Counted from the first letter of the stretch, positions 18,937 through 28,459 are shown. The stretch: DNA of 32,000 nucleotides from Candidatus Saccharimonadota bacterium (GCF_002214165.1 NZ_CP019964.1:510001-542000), one strand, 5' to 3'. The notes: generated by a model from the sequence alone, not told the origin. Translations and numbers: made by a program.

Positions 18937-19764
18937 TTATCTTCTTTTATTTCTTTTATTTCTTCTCTTGCTTCTGCTTTTCATCGGTTTAACCTTCTCA
19001 ATGCGTTTTTCGTTTCTTAGGCTTCTTTGATTGATGGAAAGTTTTGTCTTCTTCTCTTGGGCAGATTCAAAATGCCTTATAATGATTTTCCTGGTCCTGC
19101 CTTTTATCCTGCCGAAAGAGTCAAAGAGCATCACGAATCCGACTATCCCACATATGACAATCAGCCCGAATATGCTTGAGGCGAACGCAAGCGATGGGAA
19201 TATTAGTGCTATATCGTAGTACTTGCCAAAGTTATAGACCACTTCAGTGTACCTTATCGAGATAACCAGTATCATGAAGATCGCTATGAATGCCATTGAC
19301 CCAAATGCGATCTCCGTGTACTTGTGGCCCATCACAATTGAGGATATCATGTATACTATCCAGAAAAGCTCACCGAAACCGAGGAGTATGAAGAGCGATT
19401 CGAGATAGGAGTTCAGCATAAGGACAGACGCTATCACTATTACAATGCCCATAAAGACGGCAAGGGACAGCATCTTTATCAAGGTGCTTCTCCTTATTGA
19501 GCCCTTTCCCACTGTTTTCTCCCATAAGCGTATCATCCTGTTTATCTTAAGGCTAACAAAACTCGCGATTGATATCACAATGGTAACTATTATTATTGAA
19601 AGCCACACCGCCGTCGCGGATGGCGTGTTGTAGTTTACGTAGCCTATCGCATACATAAGCAGTGATCCTGCAAGCAGTGACAGCGAAAAGACGACTAAGG
19701 ATATCCCTATCGCTCTTTTGTAAGAATATATCAGGTATTCGTGGAGCTCCTTTTCAAAATCCAT
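18937..19764 (-). CDS. Hypothetical integral membrane protein with highly basic C-terminal tail
   Basis: The 275-aa ORF has about 6 hydrophobic helices. Its tail is KVKPMKSRSKRRNKRNKRR. It is convergent with nrdJ with only a 6-bp gap. Confidence 0.6.
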   Translation of the reverse strand: MDFEKELHEYLIYSYKRAIGISLVVFSLSLLAGSLLMYAIGYVNYNTPSATAVWLSIIIVTIVISIASFVSLKINRMIRLWEKTVGKGSIRRSTLIKMLSLAVFMGIVIVIASVLMLNSYLESLFILLGFGELFWIVYMISSIVMGHKYTEIAFGSMAFIAIFMILVISIRYTEVVYNFGKYYDIALIFPSLAFASSIFGLIVICGIVGFVMLFDSFGRIKGRTRKIIIRHFESAQEKKTKLSINQRSLRNEKRIEKVKPMKSRSKRRNKRNKRR

Positions 19765-19844
19765 AATCGTAATATCTGCACAGAAATTTATATACCTTAT
19801 ACAATAAGGGGTATTTCACGTGAAGCTGCGGCAGCCGCCTTGTG

Positions 19845-20714
19845 TCATGCCAACAGGGCCAATATAAGGTTCCCTGCCAATAGCGCTATTGCCACCCCGA
19901 GGAATATAGGAAGCGCAAAAGGGAATGCATCCTTGTACACAGGGAGTTTCTCGTTGAACCCCGACTCTTTCAATTCACTGATTGATTTGCCTGTGACCAG
20001 CCTTCCGAATGATTTCAGCTTTGACAGCCTGTCTAGATCCTCGTCGGACATCAGGTTTGTTGCTATCATGTCGCCTTCCTCGAGATCCGATATGTTCACA
20101 TCCCTTATCATGGCCCTCATTATCTGCTTCTCGAACATCAGCAGAAGGAAGCTGAATACCGCCAGCACCAGTATTATGGCAAGAGTTATTATGTGGAATC
20201 CGAAATGGAGCACAAGGAATCCGTAGAACAGCACATAAACTATCAGGAACATCGAGGCCTTGAAGATATCCGATTTTGAGGTCTTCGCCTTTAATATGCT
20301 TCCGAACCTTGAGCTGTACTTTGGAAGGTAGTATATGGGCATTATCACTAGCGCCATTATGCCGGCGTTTATCAGTATTGAGAATATGAAAGGGAAATTG
20401 TACTGCGGGAAGTTCAATATCACTGATGGCTGGTATGGAAGCATCAACGAAATCGCGGCCAATTCGAATACGTCTGCGGCTCCAAGCTGGCCGTATTTGT
20501 AAAGCAGATAGCCTGCCCCGAATATAACCGCCGCTATAAGCAGGCTCACGGCTATTGTAGTGTAATTGAAGTAGATTATGGTGAGCGCAATCGCGTACGC
20601 GGTTGTCGCATAGACAAACAGGTCAGGGACATTCCTTTTGTTGAACAGGTCAAACAGCATATATGCGAAGGATATCACTAAGATGCTCGCTATCCTCAAA
20701 TCGTAAAGTATCAT
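19845..20714 (-). CDS. A24-family prepilin/preflagellin peptidase-like membrane protein
   Basis: This polytopic ORF has an early Asp (FDLFNKRNVPD) and a LGAADVFELAA motif resembling the GxGDxK second catalytic Asp. It ends with PFALPIFLG, typical of A24 peptidases. A soluble insert lies between the late helices. Confidence 0.55.
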   Translation of the reverse strand: MILYDLRIASILVISFAYMLFDLFNKRNVPDLFVYATTAYAIALTIIYFNYTTIAVSLLIAAVIFGAGYLLYKYGQLGAADVFELAAISLMLPYQPSVILNFPQYNFPFIFSILINAGIMALVIMPIYYLPKYSSRFGSILKAKTSKSDIFKASMFLIVYVLFYGFLVLHFGFHIITLAIILVLAVFSFLLLMFEKQIMRAMIRDVNISDLEEGDMIATNLMSDEDLDRLSKLKSFGRLVTGKSISELKESGFNEKLPVYKDAFPFALPIFLGVAIALLAGNLILALLA

Positions 20715-20847
20715 CTATATCCTCTTGGGCATGTAAAATTACGGGCGTTGTAATCCTTAAACAATGAAGCTGAATAAATTTATTCAAAAAAGTATATATA
20801 TGTTTACAAGCCCTCCTGCAACCGGTGGCTTTTGAATTTTTGTCTTT

Positions 20848-21135
20848 TTAACAAAGTGAGGGAAATCCCACACGCTTTAGCGGTAGGATGAAAGCGAACC
20901 GCTGTCTGGGTGTATGGTAAATCCAAGAGACATAAACGCGGCAATAAACATATTGCACGGGGCTACCCTTTGACAGAGGGGAAGTCACGCTCAGAGAGAT
21001 ATGACCTCTGCGGTTCAACAGGAACTGAAAAGTCGCATCGAGGAACAGGGAACCGATAAAACATGTCCTTTGCAGGATGTGGTGATTGCATGATGCAGAG
21101 GAAGCCCACACCACTTGCATGTGGGAGGATGTCAC
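20848..21135 (+). mobile_element. Non-autonomous IS200/IS605-derived element retaining left-end hairpin, tnpB tail and right-end omega-RNA-like module
   Basis: The 5' end is TTAACAAAGTGAGGGAAATCCCACACGCTTTAGCGGTAGG. The frame 20887-20973 reads DESEPLSGCMVNPRDINAAINILHGATL*, a TnpB C-terminal motif. The 3' end is GAAGCCCACACCACTTGCATGTGGGAGGATGTCAC. Internal similarity to the 15014-15245 relic is visible (GGGAAGTCA.GCT..AGAGA...GACCT..GC.GG). Confidence 0.75.
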
Positions 21136-21187
21136 AATCTCGAAATGATTAATAATATTTATATCCCATTGGTAATCAGGTGTCTGA

Positions 21188-21607
21188 ATGGCAATCTTAA
21201 GCATCTTTGGAAAGGAGGAAGATAAAGGCGATGAAAAACTCATAAACAGTGTACCATTTAAGCTGGTTACTGAATGGTTCCCCTACAAGCTTTATTCAAG
21301 CAGGAAAAGCTATGTAACATTGACTATGAAGATAAGCAACATCACGAAGGAGCCTCTGCTCACTTCTGTAACTCTGAGGCTCCCGAACCAGATAGCTTTT
21401 GACGAGACTGGTATATCCCATGAAAAGAGCTTCAGGCTAGGGTCATTGGAGCCGAATGAGGTAAAGGAACTACATGTGAACGTATACAACAACCTCAAGG
21501 CAGAAGCCGGGGATTACACAACTCTTGTAATAGCAACCGCCCATTACAAGGATTACGACCACGTGATAAATTCAATAAGGAAAAAAGAATTGATAAGCGT
21601 TGTATGA
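21188..21607 (+). CDS. Hypothetical protein (beta-rich, possibly Ig/CARDB-like fold)
   Basis: This 139-aa ATG-initiated ORF shows alternating beta-strand-like patterns (VTLTMKISNITKEPLLTSVTLRL, YTTLVIATAHY). It has no signal peptide or known motif. Confidence 0.5.
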   Translation: MAILSIFGKEEDKGDEKLINSVPFKLVTEWFPYKLYSSRKSYVTLTMKISNITKEPLLTSVTLRLPNQIAFDETGISHEKSFRLGSLEPNEVKELHVNVYNNLKAEAGDYTTLVIATAHYKDYDHVINSIRKKELISVV

Positions 21608-21611
21608 CTTT

Positions 21612-22748
21612 TCACGGAAGGAAGTTCCCTTTCTTTATCTTGTCGTTTATATATTCGTCGACAAAGGAAAGCTTTGGCCCTTCAAGCGAGTTCTGCTCGA
21701 GCTTCTTCTTCATCTTGAGGACCAGGTTCAGCTCGTTCACCCATTCTGGATACCTGCTGATCCAAGGATAGTTAAGCATCTCCTGCGCCTTCTTTATGTC
21801 CATATCGTTTGCCTTCATGGTCAGCCCTTTTAGGAATGGGTACGCCTCCAGATCCGACATGGTGACACCGATGAACTTGGCCTTTGGGGTTGCAAGGTCA
21901 TCGCTTATGTAAGCAAGGTTTATGCTGCCCGTCTTTATCGTCCAGTATATGTACCATCCCCATGCATCGCAGTCGTTGAAAACATAGATTGGCAAGCCTT
22001 TATCCGATAGCTTCCTTATAAGCCTCCTTGTCCCTCTAGCGGCCTGGCCCATGGGTGATATTATTATAGCGTTCTCCTTCTTCCAGAACTTGTCCTCGTT
22101 GAGCCTGTACCACAGCGCATCCTTCTCAACAACCAATACGTAGTCTGCATCTATGTCCACAAATTGTATATCGTTGTCCACATCGCTTGGTATGGCCCAT
22201 CCGCTCCTCCCTGTCTTAGCACCGTCTATCTCTACGGTTTCATCCCCAAACTTGTCTATTATGCGCATGTTTCCTACTAGCACTCCCTTCCTGTTCGCGT
22301 TGAGGTTCAGCTGCTCCCTCCTCAGATCAAGCGCTACCTCAAGGTCCTCTATCAGCGGGTTGGATTCGGACTGCTCGTTGAATATGTTCTCGTCCAGGTC
22401 ATCCCCAAGCGAATATTTCAGCTGGTAAAACAGGTCCCTTATTGTTGCATGCTGGTTCTGCTTTATGAAGCTGTAGCACTTCGCAGCTATCGCTATTGTC
22501 TGCATGAATCCTTTAGACTGAGAGACGTTGATGAAGCTGTGCTCCTCCTTGGAGTCGCCAAGAGTCAGGAATCCCTTGGACTTGTCGAAGACGACGTTTG
22601 TCCTGCTCCTTACAGAGGTCTGGAAGGAAGGGTTCTTGTCGGAAAATATATCCCTGATCAGCATATTCCCGAATTCCCTAAGCACGTCTTCGGTGATCCG
22701 GGTTTTCGGGCTTTCGTCAGGCATATTACTCTCTCTCGTATTTTTCAA
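21612..22748 (-). CDS. top6A: DNA topoisomerase VI subunit A (Spo11-like)
   Basis: The 378-aa ORF has a winged-helix/5Y-CAP region ([11 protein letters not shown]). The Toprim domain carries VVEKDALW and [11 protein letters not shown] acidic motifs. An alternative ATG at 22724 lies 1 nt after the lonB stop. Confidence 0.92.
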   Translation of the reverse strand: MKNTRESNMPDESPKTRITEDVLREFGNMLIRDIFSDKNPSFQTSVRSRTNVVFDKSKGFLTLGDSKEEHSFINVSQSKGFMQTIAIAAKCYSFIKQNQHATIRDLFYQLKYSLGDDLDENIFNEQSESNPLIEDLEVALDLRREQLNLNANRKGVLVGNMRIIDKFGDETVEIDGAKTGRSGWAIPSDVDNDIQFVDIDADYVLVVEKDALWYRLNEDKFWKKENAIIISPMGQAARGTRRLIRKLSDKGLPIYVFNDCDAWGWYIYWTIKTGSINLAYISDDLATPKAKFIGVTMSDLEAYPFLKGLTMKANDMDIKKAQEMLNYPWISRYPEWVNELNLVLKMKKKLEQNSLEGPKLSFVDEYINDKIKKGNFLP

Positions 22749-24663
22749 GCGACTTTACTATCTCGTCCCTCTTCTTGCTCGGCTTTATCGCATATTTTAT
22801 CACTTCCGCGAATGTCGATACAGGTATAAGCTTTATCAGCTTGGCTTTGTCCTTGTCCAGGTACACATCTTGCAGGTTGCTCTTCGGAAGTATGACCGCT
22901 TTCATATGCGACTGTATTGCTGCCTCGACTTTGCCGGTGACCCCTCCGACAGGAAGAACATTCCCTCTTACTGAGAGCGACCCTGTCATTGCAAATGACT
23001 GGTCTATTGGAAGATCTTCAAGAGCGGAGAGTATGCTCAGCGCGACCGAGACGCTGGCGCTGTCCCCTTCAATGCCTTCATAGGTCTGGAGGAACTGTAC
23101 GTGGACATCATACTTTGATATGTCGGCACCTATATGCTTCTTTATTATTGCGCTCACGTTCTTTACGGCCTCGCTGGCTATCTTACCAAGCTTTCCGGTA
23201 GGTATGAACTTGCCTTCAGCCTTTGAGCCCGCTGGGGTTACTTCTGATACTATCGGAACTATTATTCCCGCAGAAGTCGCAGTTGCACCAAGCACTGCCA
23301 ATCCGTTTACCCTTCCTATCTTGTATCCGGATGCCTCGAATACTTTGTACTCTTCCCTGTCCTTGAGCATCTGGTCTACCATCTGCGATTCCACGGGGCT
23401 TGCTAGTTTCCTTGCGTCAAGTACGTCTTTCTTTGTAACCAGCTTCTCTTTCCTTTCTATTGCAATATCCCCTGCTGCTCTTATCAATCCGCCAAGGTCT
23501 CTCAGTTCCAGAGTAAGGCTGTCCTTCTTACCTGCCCTCCTCTTGGCTTCCTCTATGGTCTGGTATACCGCATCCATTTCGAACGGCGGTATCTTTTTGT
23601 CCTTTTTGACCTCCTGCGCTATGAATTGTATAAGCTGGTTCCTGTTTTCAACTGTGTCTGGCATTGTCGTCTGCATGTAAACCTCGTAACCATAACCTCT
23701 TATCCTTGACCTAAGCGCGGGATGCATCCTCTTTATATCCTGCACATTCCCTGCGGCAACCAATATGAAGTCGCTTGGCACTGGCTCCGTCCTGACCAAT
23801 GCGCCTGAGCTAAGCTCGCTCTGGCCTGTAATGGGGTATTTCTTCTCCTGCATCGCGGTAAGGAGTTCTTCCTGCGAATGAAGATCCATGCTTGATATTT
23901 CATCTATGAAAAGCACGCCTTCGTTTGCCTTGTGTATTGCGCCGCTCTCCACCCTGAGATGTGCGGGCGTCCCCAAACCTCCAGTCTGTAATGGATCATG
24001 CTTCACATCACCGAACAATGCTCCAGCCCTTGAGCCTGTTGCATCTATGAATGGCGCTGTCTGCCTGCCCGTATTGTCAACGATCAACTTGGGCTCGCTG
24101 TTCTCTCCTAATGTCATTATTCCGGGGCGCTTTGTCAATCCTGCCGTGAACATGAACACTGCCCCGAATATCATGATTCCAAGTATAAGCGCTGATATAA
24201 CTATCAGGTCATATCCCTTGATGTATCCGCTGAATGACAATCCTACAAGTATAAGCACAAGCACGAACACTATCGTGGTTATTATGGATGATCCTCCCGA
24301 ATTCAGGTTTATCCTTGAATTCATCCTGCTCTTCATAACTATCTGCCTGCCCTGCCCGTCCAGCCCTTTCTTCATCGCTTCCGGATCAGGGTACGTCTTC
24401 ACCTCCTTTATAAGAGGCATATTTTCATCATTGGTATTCTTGTATACAAGGACATCCTCAAGATTGCTCACTGGGAGAAGCTCGGCCATAGCCTGCGCGA
24501 GCATGGTCTTTCCGGTGCCAGGCTCTCCAATCAGAAGCACATTCCTCCGCTGCTTCGCTGCTTTCTTGACTATCTCTATTGCGTTTTTCTGGCCTATTAC
24601 CTGGTCTATAAGCTTTTTAGGTATAGCAATATCGTCAGTGGTTTTAAACTTCAATTCTTTCAT
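22726..24663 (-). CDS. lonB: Archaeal membrane-bound Lon protease (LonB)
   Basis: Walker A is [15 protein letters not shown]. Two TM helices are inserted in the AAA+ module. The protease domain has the GDSASV Ser site and a downstream Lys. The preferred start is MKELKF at 24663, which has a GAGGAG sequence 7 nt upstream. The ORF track starts at 24708. Confidence 0.95.
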   Translation of the reverse strand: MKELKFKTTDDIAIPKKLIDQVIGQKNAIEIVKKAAKQRRNVLLIGEPGTGKTMLAQAMAELLPVSNLEDVLVYKNTNDENMPLIKEVKTYPDPEAMKKGLDGQGRQIVMKSRMNSRINLNSGGSSIITTIVFVLVLILVGLSFSGYIKGYDLIVISALILGIMIFGAVFMFTAGLTKRPGIMTLGENSEPKLIVDNTGRQTAPFIDATGSRAGALFGDVKHDPLQTGGLGTPAHLRVESGAIHKANEGVLFIDEISSMDLHSQEELLTAMQEKKYPITGQSELSSGALVRTEPVPSDFILVAAGNVQDIKRMHPALRSRIRGYGYEVYMQTTMPDTVENRNQLIQFIAQEVKKDKKIPPFEMDAVYQTIEEAKRRAGKKDSLTLELRDLGGLIRAAGDIAIERKEKLVTKKDVLDARKLASPVESQMVDQMLKDREEYKVFEASGYKIGRVNGLAVLGATATSAGIIVPIVSEVTPAGSKAEGKFIPTGKLGKIASEAVKNVSAIIKKHIGADISKYDVHVQFLQTYEGIEGDSASVSVALSILSALEDLPIDQSFAMTGSLSVRGNVLPVGGVTGKVEAAIQSHMKAVILPKSNLQDVYLDKDKAKLIKLIPVSTFAEVIKYAIKPSKKRDEIVKSLEKYERE

Positions 24664-24943
24664 CGTTATCTCCTCGTACCGCCATAATATTATGGCAGTA
24701 TACAGCAATTCTATAAATAAACTTTGAACCTGTTATTGCTATTTTTAATCCCGCGATTTATTTGCTTTTTTAATGGAAGGGGTTTCCTTTTATACAATTT
24801 AACGGGTTCACCTTTATATATCTTTTAGTTTAGTTTTAATCGTAGATTACAATTATCTAATTGCTGTAAGGTATTTGACAGAAATGCAATACAAGCAAAA
24901 TACAGATTATGCAACTTTTGGCTTTTGGAATTAAGGCATAAAA

Positions 24944-26026
24944 CTAAAATTCTATAACGGATTTTAAGCCCTTCTGGTTTTTGACATCATCTTTTGTTAG
25001 ATCGCCTATCTTTATTCTTTTGGTTATAAAGAGCTTCAGAACGTCTCCGTAAGCGGATTTTATCCTTGCCATATCTGAAACCCCGTTTACGAAATAGGAT
25101 TTGTTGGCGTTTACAACCCCTACTATCACCCTGTTGTTTAGGACCATATTGTAATTTAATCTTGCCAGATCCATGTCGTTGATGAACTTTCCACCTGTTA
25201 CGCTCAAAAGCGCTATTACCGAGTTCACTCCGGCCAAATCAAAAACCTCCGGCAAAACCTCTGGGCTTCCTGTTGCCTCTACAACTATGTCTATCTGCTT
25301 GTCCTTCTCAATTATGCCCATCGGGCTTTCTTTCTTTGAATTTACATGGATTATCCCTACCTTGGATATTATTTGACCTTTAGCGTCATCCTCGTGGTCG
25401 GTTCTATCTATAGCGTATACTTTCATCCCTCTCAGCTTTAGCAATATCGCTGTCAGCAATCCTACGGGGCCCGTACCGAATACGACCGCAACTTTAGGCT
25501 CCCATAACATCCTTTCCTGTATCTTGAACACCTGCTTTACCGCTTTCTCCGCGATGGTCATCGGCTCTAGAAGAACAGCTTCTTCGCTTAACTCATCTGG
25601 GATTACGATCAGATTCTCTGGCTTTTCAGTGTAATACTCCGACATGTAGCCGTCCAATCCTTTTATACCTCTTTCCTTGTAATTTCCGGTAAGGCACATG
25701 TCCGATTCCCCTGCTAGGCAGTTGATGCAATTGTCGCCTCTCCTGACTGTTGCGACTACCTTGTCACCGACTTTTACCCCTTCTGCCTTATCCCCCAAAG
25801 CCACAACTACGCCAAATGATTCGTGCCCTATTACCAGCCTTTTCAGCCCCTCTGGAGGCTCGCCATACAATCCTTCATCAATCTCCTTATCGGTACCGCA
25901 TATGCCTACGCGGATCACTTTTATGAGCGCTTCGTCTTCCTTTGGTTTCGGCTCTGGTATGTCCTCAATATGCAAACTGTCTTTTTTTAATGGGAAAACA
26001 ACTACTGCTTTCATATCAATCATCAA
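24944..26026 (-). CDS. Zinc-dependent MDR dehydrogenase, glucose 1-dehydrogenase-like
   Basis: The catalytic zinc region is GICGTDKE...GHES. The structural-zinc lobe is VRRGDNCINCLAGESDMCL. The Rossmann motif is VVFGTGPVGLL. Overall it resembles archaeal glucose/aldose dehydrogenases. The start is possibly MKAVVV at 26014. Confidence 0.75.
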   Translation of the reverse strand: MMIDMKAVVVFPLKKDSLHIEDIPEPKPKEDEALIKVIRVGICGTDKEIDEGLYGEPPEGLKRLVIGHESFGVVVALGDKAEGVKVGDKVVATVRRGDNCINCLAGESDMCLTGNYKERGIKGLDGYMSEYYTEKPENLIVIPDELSEEAVLLEPMTIAEKAVKQVFKIQERMLWEPKVAVVFGTGPVGLLTAILLKLRGMKVYAIDRTDHEDDAKGQIISKVGIIHVNSKKESPMGIIEKDKQIDIVVEATGSPEVLPEVFDLAGVNSVIALLSVTGGKFINDMDLARLNYNMVLNNRVIVGVVNANKSYFVNGVSDMARIKSAYGDVLKLFITKRIKIGDLTKDDVKNQKGLKSVIEF

Positions 26027-26130
26027 TTACTAAGAACAGAAGAAATATCTTAACCCTATTTGCCAAAAACTTTTATTTTATAGCGCAAACGGCAAAATTA
26101 GATTGAATTTGTTTATCTGCTTTTCTAAAA

Positions 26131-26222
26131 TGGGCCCGCGGAGATTTGAACTCCGGACCTCTCGATTTCAAAATTTAATTTTTTATCAGTCGAGCGCTCC
26201 AACCAAGCTAAGCTACGAGCCC
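26131..26222 (-). tRNA. tRNA-Ile (anticodon GAU) with a 17-nt intron at position 37/38
   Basis: The hand-folded minus-strand sequence is GGGCTCG-TA-GCTT-AGCTTGGTTG-GAGC-G-CTCGA-CTGATA[AAAAATTAAATTTTGAA]A-TCGAG-AGGTC-CGGAG-TTCAAAT-CTCCG-CGGGCCC-A. All four stems pair, with one G-U in the acceptor stem. The anticodon is at 26185-26187 and the intron at about 26167-26183. No CCA is encoded. TTTT follows immediately 3' of the gene. Confidence 0.9.
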
Positions 26223-26237
26223 ATAAGTACTGCAAAG

Positions 26238-26250
26238 AGATTTAAAAAGC
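26238..26250 (-). promoter_or_regulatory. TATA-like box upstream of tRNA-Ile
   Basis: The minus strand reads CTTTTTAAATC, centred about 25 nt upstream of tRNA position 1. This fits archaeal TATA spacing. Confidence 0.4.
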
Positions 26251-26417
26251 AAAATATTAAATATTTGCTAATTTTTCCTGTTAAAATAGGATTTGGCATT
26301 TTGCATGCTTTAGTGTATTACATTTATGAATTTACCGGCAACATGCCACATAATAAAAACATAAAACATTAGGATATTTTAACATTCTAATTTGGTACAC
26401 AGATTAATTATTTTGAT

Positions 26418-26600
26418 TTATCCGTTTATTTGTATTCGATTCTTAGTACTCTCTAATTTTTTCTTTCCGCTTTTATTTAATTTCCTACTGGCTTCAAAAA
26501 TTAGAAATTTTCTATCTAGAAATTTAAGTTCCAGTCTCTGTCCATATGTACTTTTTAGTCCATTGAATGCTTCTTGGACTTTTTCTGGAACTTCCACCAT
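26418..26600 (-). pseudogene. Orphan N-terminal cassette (60 codons) of the tandem Lrp-like paralogue family, with intact upstream region
   Basis: The translation MVEVPEKVQEAFNGLKSTYGQRLELKFLDRKF... matches the first 13 aa of the 28460-29806 protein exactly. It then resembles the 26813-28186 protein (ELKFLNGKFRIFE). DNA at 26524-26648 aligns with 29730-29854, including a 58-bp perfect core. No HTH modules follow. Confidence 0.6.
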
Positions 26601-26812
26601 TTAGAGGCCTTAGTGCAATACAACACATTAAAATTATTTATTGGTTGCTTGCATCAATTGATTAAGTATTTTTGGAACTGTTTTTACTAAATTATACTTA
26701 AAAGGTCTAGAGATCTCTTTAAATTAGTTCCTCTAATTTTAGAATCGGGTAAGGGTATAAAAATGGTTGGTGGGTATTAGATAATATAAATTTTTATAAC
26801 CTGGTTTATTGT

Positions 26813-28186
26813 TCAAACACCATATGAGACTCTTTTCTTTGGCGATATGGATTTCCTTTTTACAAGATTTATATACTGCATGCTGTAAAGATTGTCAAAC
26901 TTTCTGTAATCAATATCCCCAACTATTGCTTTCTCAACGATTAATGAATCGAATTTTACTCCTTTTATTATCTCTGAAAGCTCACTTTTGATTTTACCTA
27001 TGTCTTTTTCATTAAGAATGGGGAAAAGATACAATATGGCATTAGGAATTTCCATATCACAGATGTAAGAGAACCTATTAATCAGGTACTCTGGTTCATC
27101 TATTATATATTTACGGTGGTTATCCCTAAACCTCATAAACTCTGTATAATTGATCAAAACTGCAATTAATGCCATATCATATTTCTTGTTGATATTCTTT
27201 ACCATTAAAGTTGGTCTTGATATTACGTTCTTCCCTTCTTCGTTTTTAAGATCATTATATGCTTTCTTTGCACTGCCTGCGGGAAGATTGTACTTTTTGT
27301 CTATAGATGATAAACTCTTTCTACTATTCTCGTTAAGTTCACGAAGAAGTGCGTACTCTCTATAGGTTAAACTTGACAGATTATGTTTCTCGCCCTTCTT
27401 TTTCCTTTGCCAGACCTTTTCTTTAAGTGCATCAAAGAACTCCTGCCTTAATGGTATAAAACCGTAACTACCGGCTATGGGAGTTATGTACCATTCTGCT
27501 TCTATATCATTTAAGGCTTCAGAAGTCCTTATGTTATCAAGGACTTCTGCAACGACATTGTTGTTTTCTGCAACACAGAAAATTACCAGATCATAGATTC
27601 CCTTGGTTGCAAGTGCAAGCTGGACCATCGGATTTTTACTTATTCCCTCTTTTATCTTTTCAAAGTTAAGCTTATCCCTTGTGAATTTTGCAAGAATCAT
27701 ATATTCGGAGAATCCAAGATTGTTCATGTTTAATTCAAGCGTATACTTTATCCCAAGCAGTCTTTCAAGCCTCTCTATCCGGTATTCGAGTGCATGGATT
27801 GATATTCCGGTTATTTCAGATAGTCCTTTAAGGGAAAGCCTTGAATTCATGCTCAAGGCCTTAAGCAATTTTATATCGTTATTCTTTAAAGTAAGTTTTT
27901 TGTTTGGAGATTTATTTTCTTCAACATTATTGTTAATCTTGAGTTTCTCACCATTTCCAAATTTTAAATTCTTACGCTTAGGCCTTGCAGGAACTATAAA
28001 TCCGTCCTTTGTTATATATCCTATATAATTGGTTACTCTTATTGGCTCGTTGCTTTGACTATCCTCCTTATAAGTTACTTCAAAAATACGAAATTTGCCA
28101 TTTAAGAACTTCAATTCTGCATCGCGCCCATATGCATCCTTTAGCTCTTGAAACGCTTTTAAGACTTTTTTCGGAAATTTTACCAT
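26813..28186 (-). CDS. Tandem double Lrp/AsnC-module (2 x wHTH + RAM-like) protein with unassigned N-terminal domain, paralogue B
   Basis: In this 457-aa ORF, module 1 is DIKLLKALSMNSRLSLKGLSEITGISIHALEYRIERLERLLGIKYTLELNMNNLGF plus NPMVQLALATKGIYDLVIFCVAENN, an Lrp/AsnC HTH with a RAM-like pattern. Module 2 is YREYALLRELNENSRKSLSSIDKKYNLPAGSAKKAYNDLKNE... plus a second RAM-like half. The first about 95 aa match nothing I recognise. Confidence 0.7.
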   Translation of the reverse strand: MVKFPKKVLKAFQELKDAYGRDAELKFLNGKFRIFEVTYKEDSQSNEPIRVTNYIGYITKDGFIVPARPKRKNLKFGNGEKLKINNNVEENKSPNKKLTLKNNDIKLLKALSMNSRLSLKGLSEITGISIHALEYRIERLERLLGIKYTLELNMNNLGFSEYMILAKFTRDKLNFEKIKEGISKNPMVQLALATKGIYDLVIFCVAENNNVVAEVLDNIRTSEALNDIEAEWYITPIAGSYGFIPLRQEFFDALKEKVWQRKKKGEKHNLSSLTYREYALLRELNENSRKSLSSIDKKYNLPAGSAKKAYNDLKNEEGKNVISRPTLMVKNINKKYDMALIAVLINYTEFMRFRDNHRKYIIDEPEYLINRFSYICDMEIPNAILYLFPILNEKDIGKIKSELSEIIKGVKFDSLIVEKAIVGDIDYRKFDNLYSMQYINLVKRKSISPKKRVSYGV

Positions 28187-28459
28187 TCAGATGCCTTAAA
28201 TTAATATAACATATTGGTTATTTATTAATTGCCAATAGGTAACTAAAAAATTTGAAGATAAAAGTTTTTACTAAATTATACTTTAAAAGGCAGAAACTTA
28301 TTTAAATTAATCTGCTCCATTTTCCTTTGTAATGTTTAAAAAGGGTGAGAATATGGAAAAAGGACCAGCAGGTGGAGGATAAATAGTATTAATTTAAGTA
28401 GTATTTTTTAATATTAGTAAGGTTTTCTGGTTTAAATTCTATGTTAATCTAATTTTATA

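Noticed and set aside
19845-20714. Soluble insertion inside the A24 peptidase-like protein as a novel domain
   Set aside because: Archaeal preflagellin peptidases (FlaK type) are known to carry a cytoplasmic soluble domain between TM helices, so the insert is expected.
20848-21243. 131-aa ORF on the minus strand between the A24 peptidase gene and the 21188 gene
   Set aside because: It lies entirely over the IS200/IS605-derived relic and the promoter region of the 21188 gene. It shows no protein-like features. The region is better explained by the repeat termini and the + strand tnpB tail.
26103-26372. 89-aa + strand ORF
   Set aside because: It runs antisense through the tRNA-Ile gene and is an artefact of ORF calling.
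26392-26604. 70-aa + strand ORF, with + strand ORFs at 27150-28209 and 28794-29597
   Set aside because: They are antisense to the Lrp-like paralogues and their fragment. The apparent conservation between copies is a by-product of the tandem duplication.
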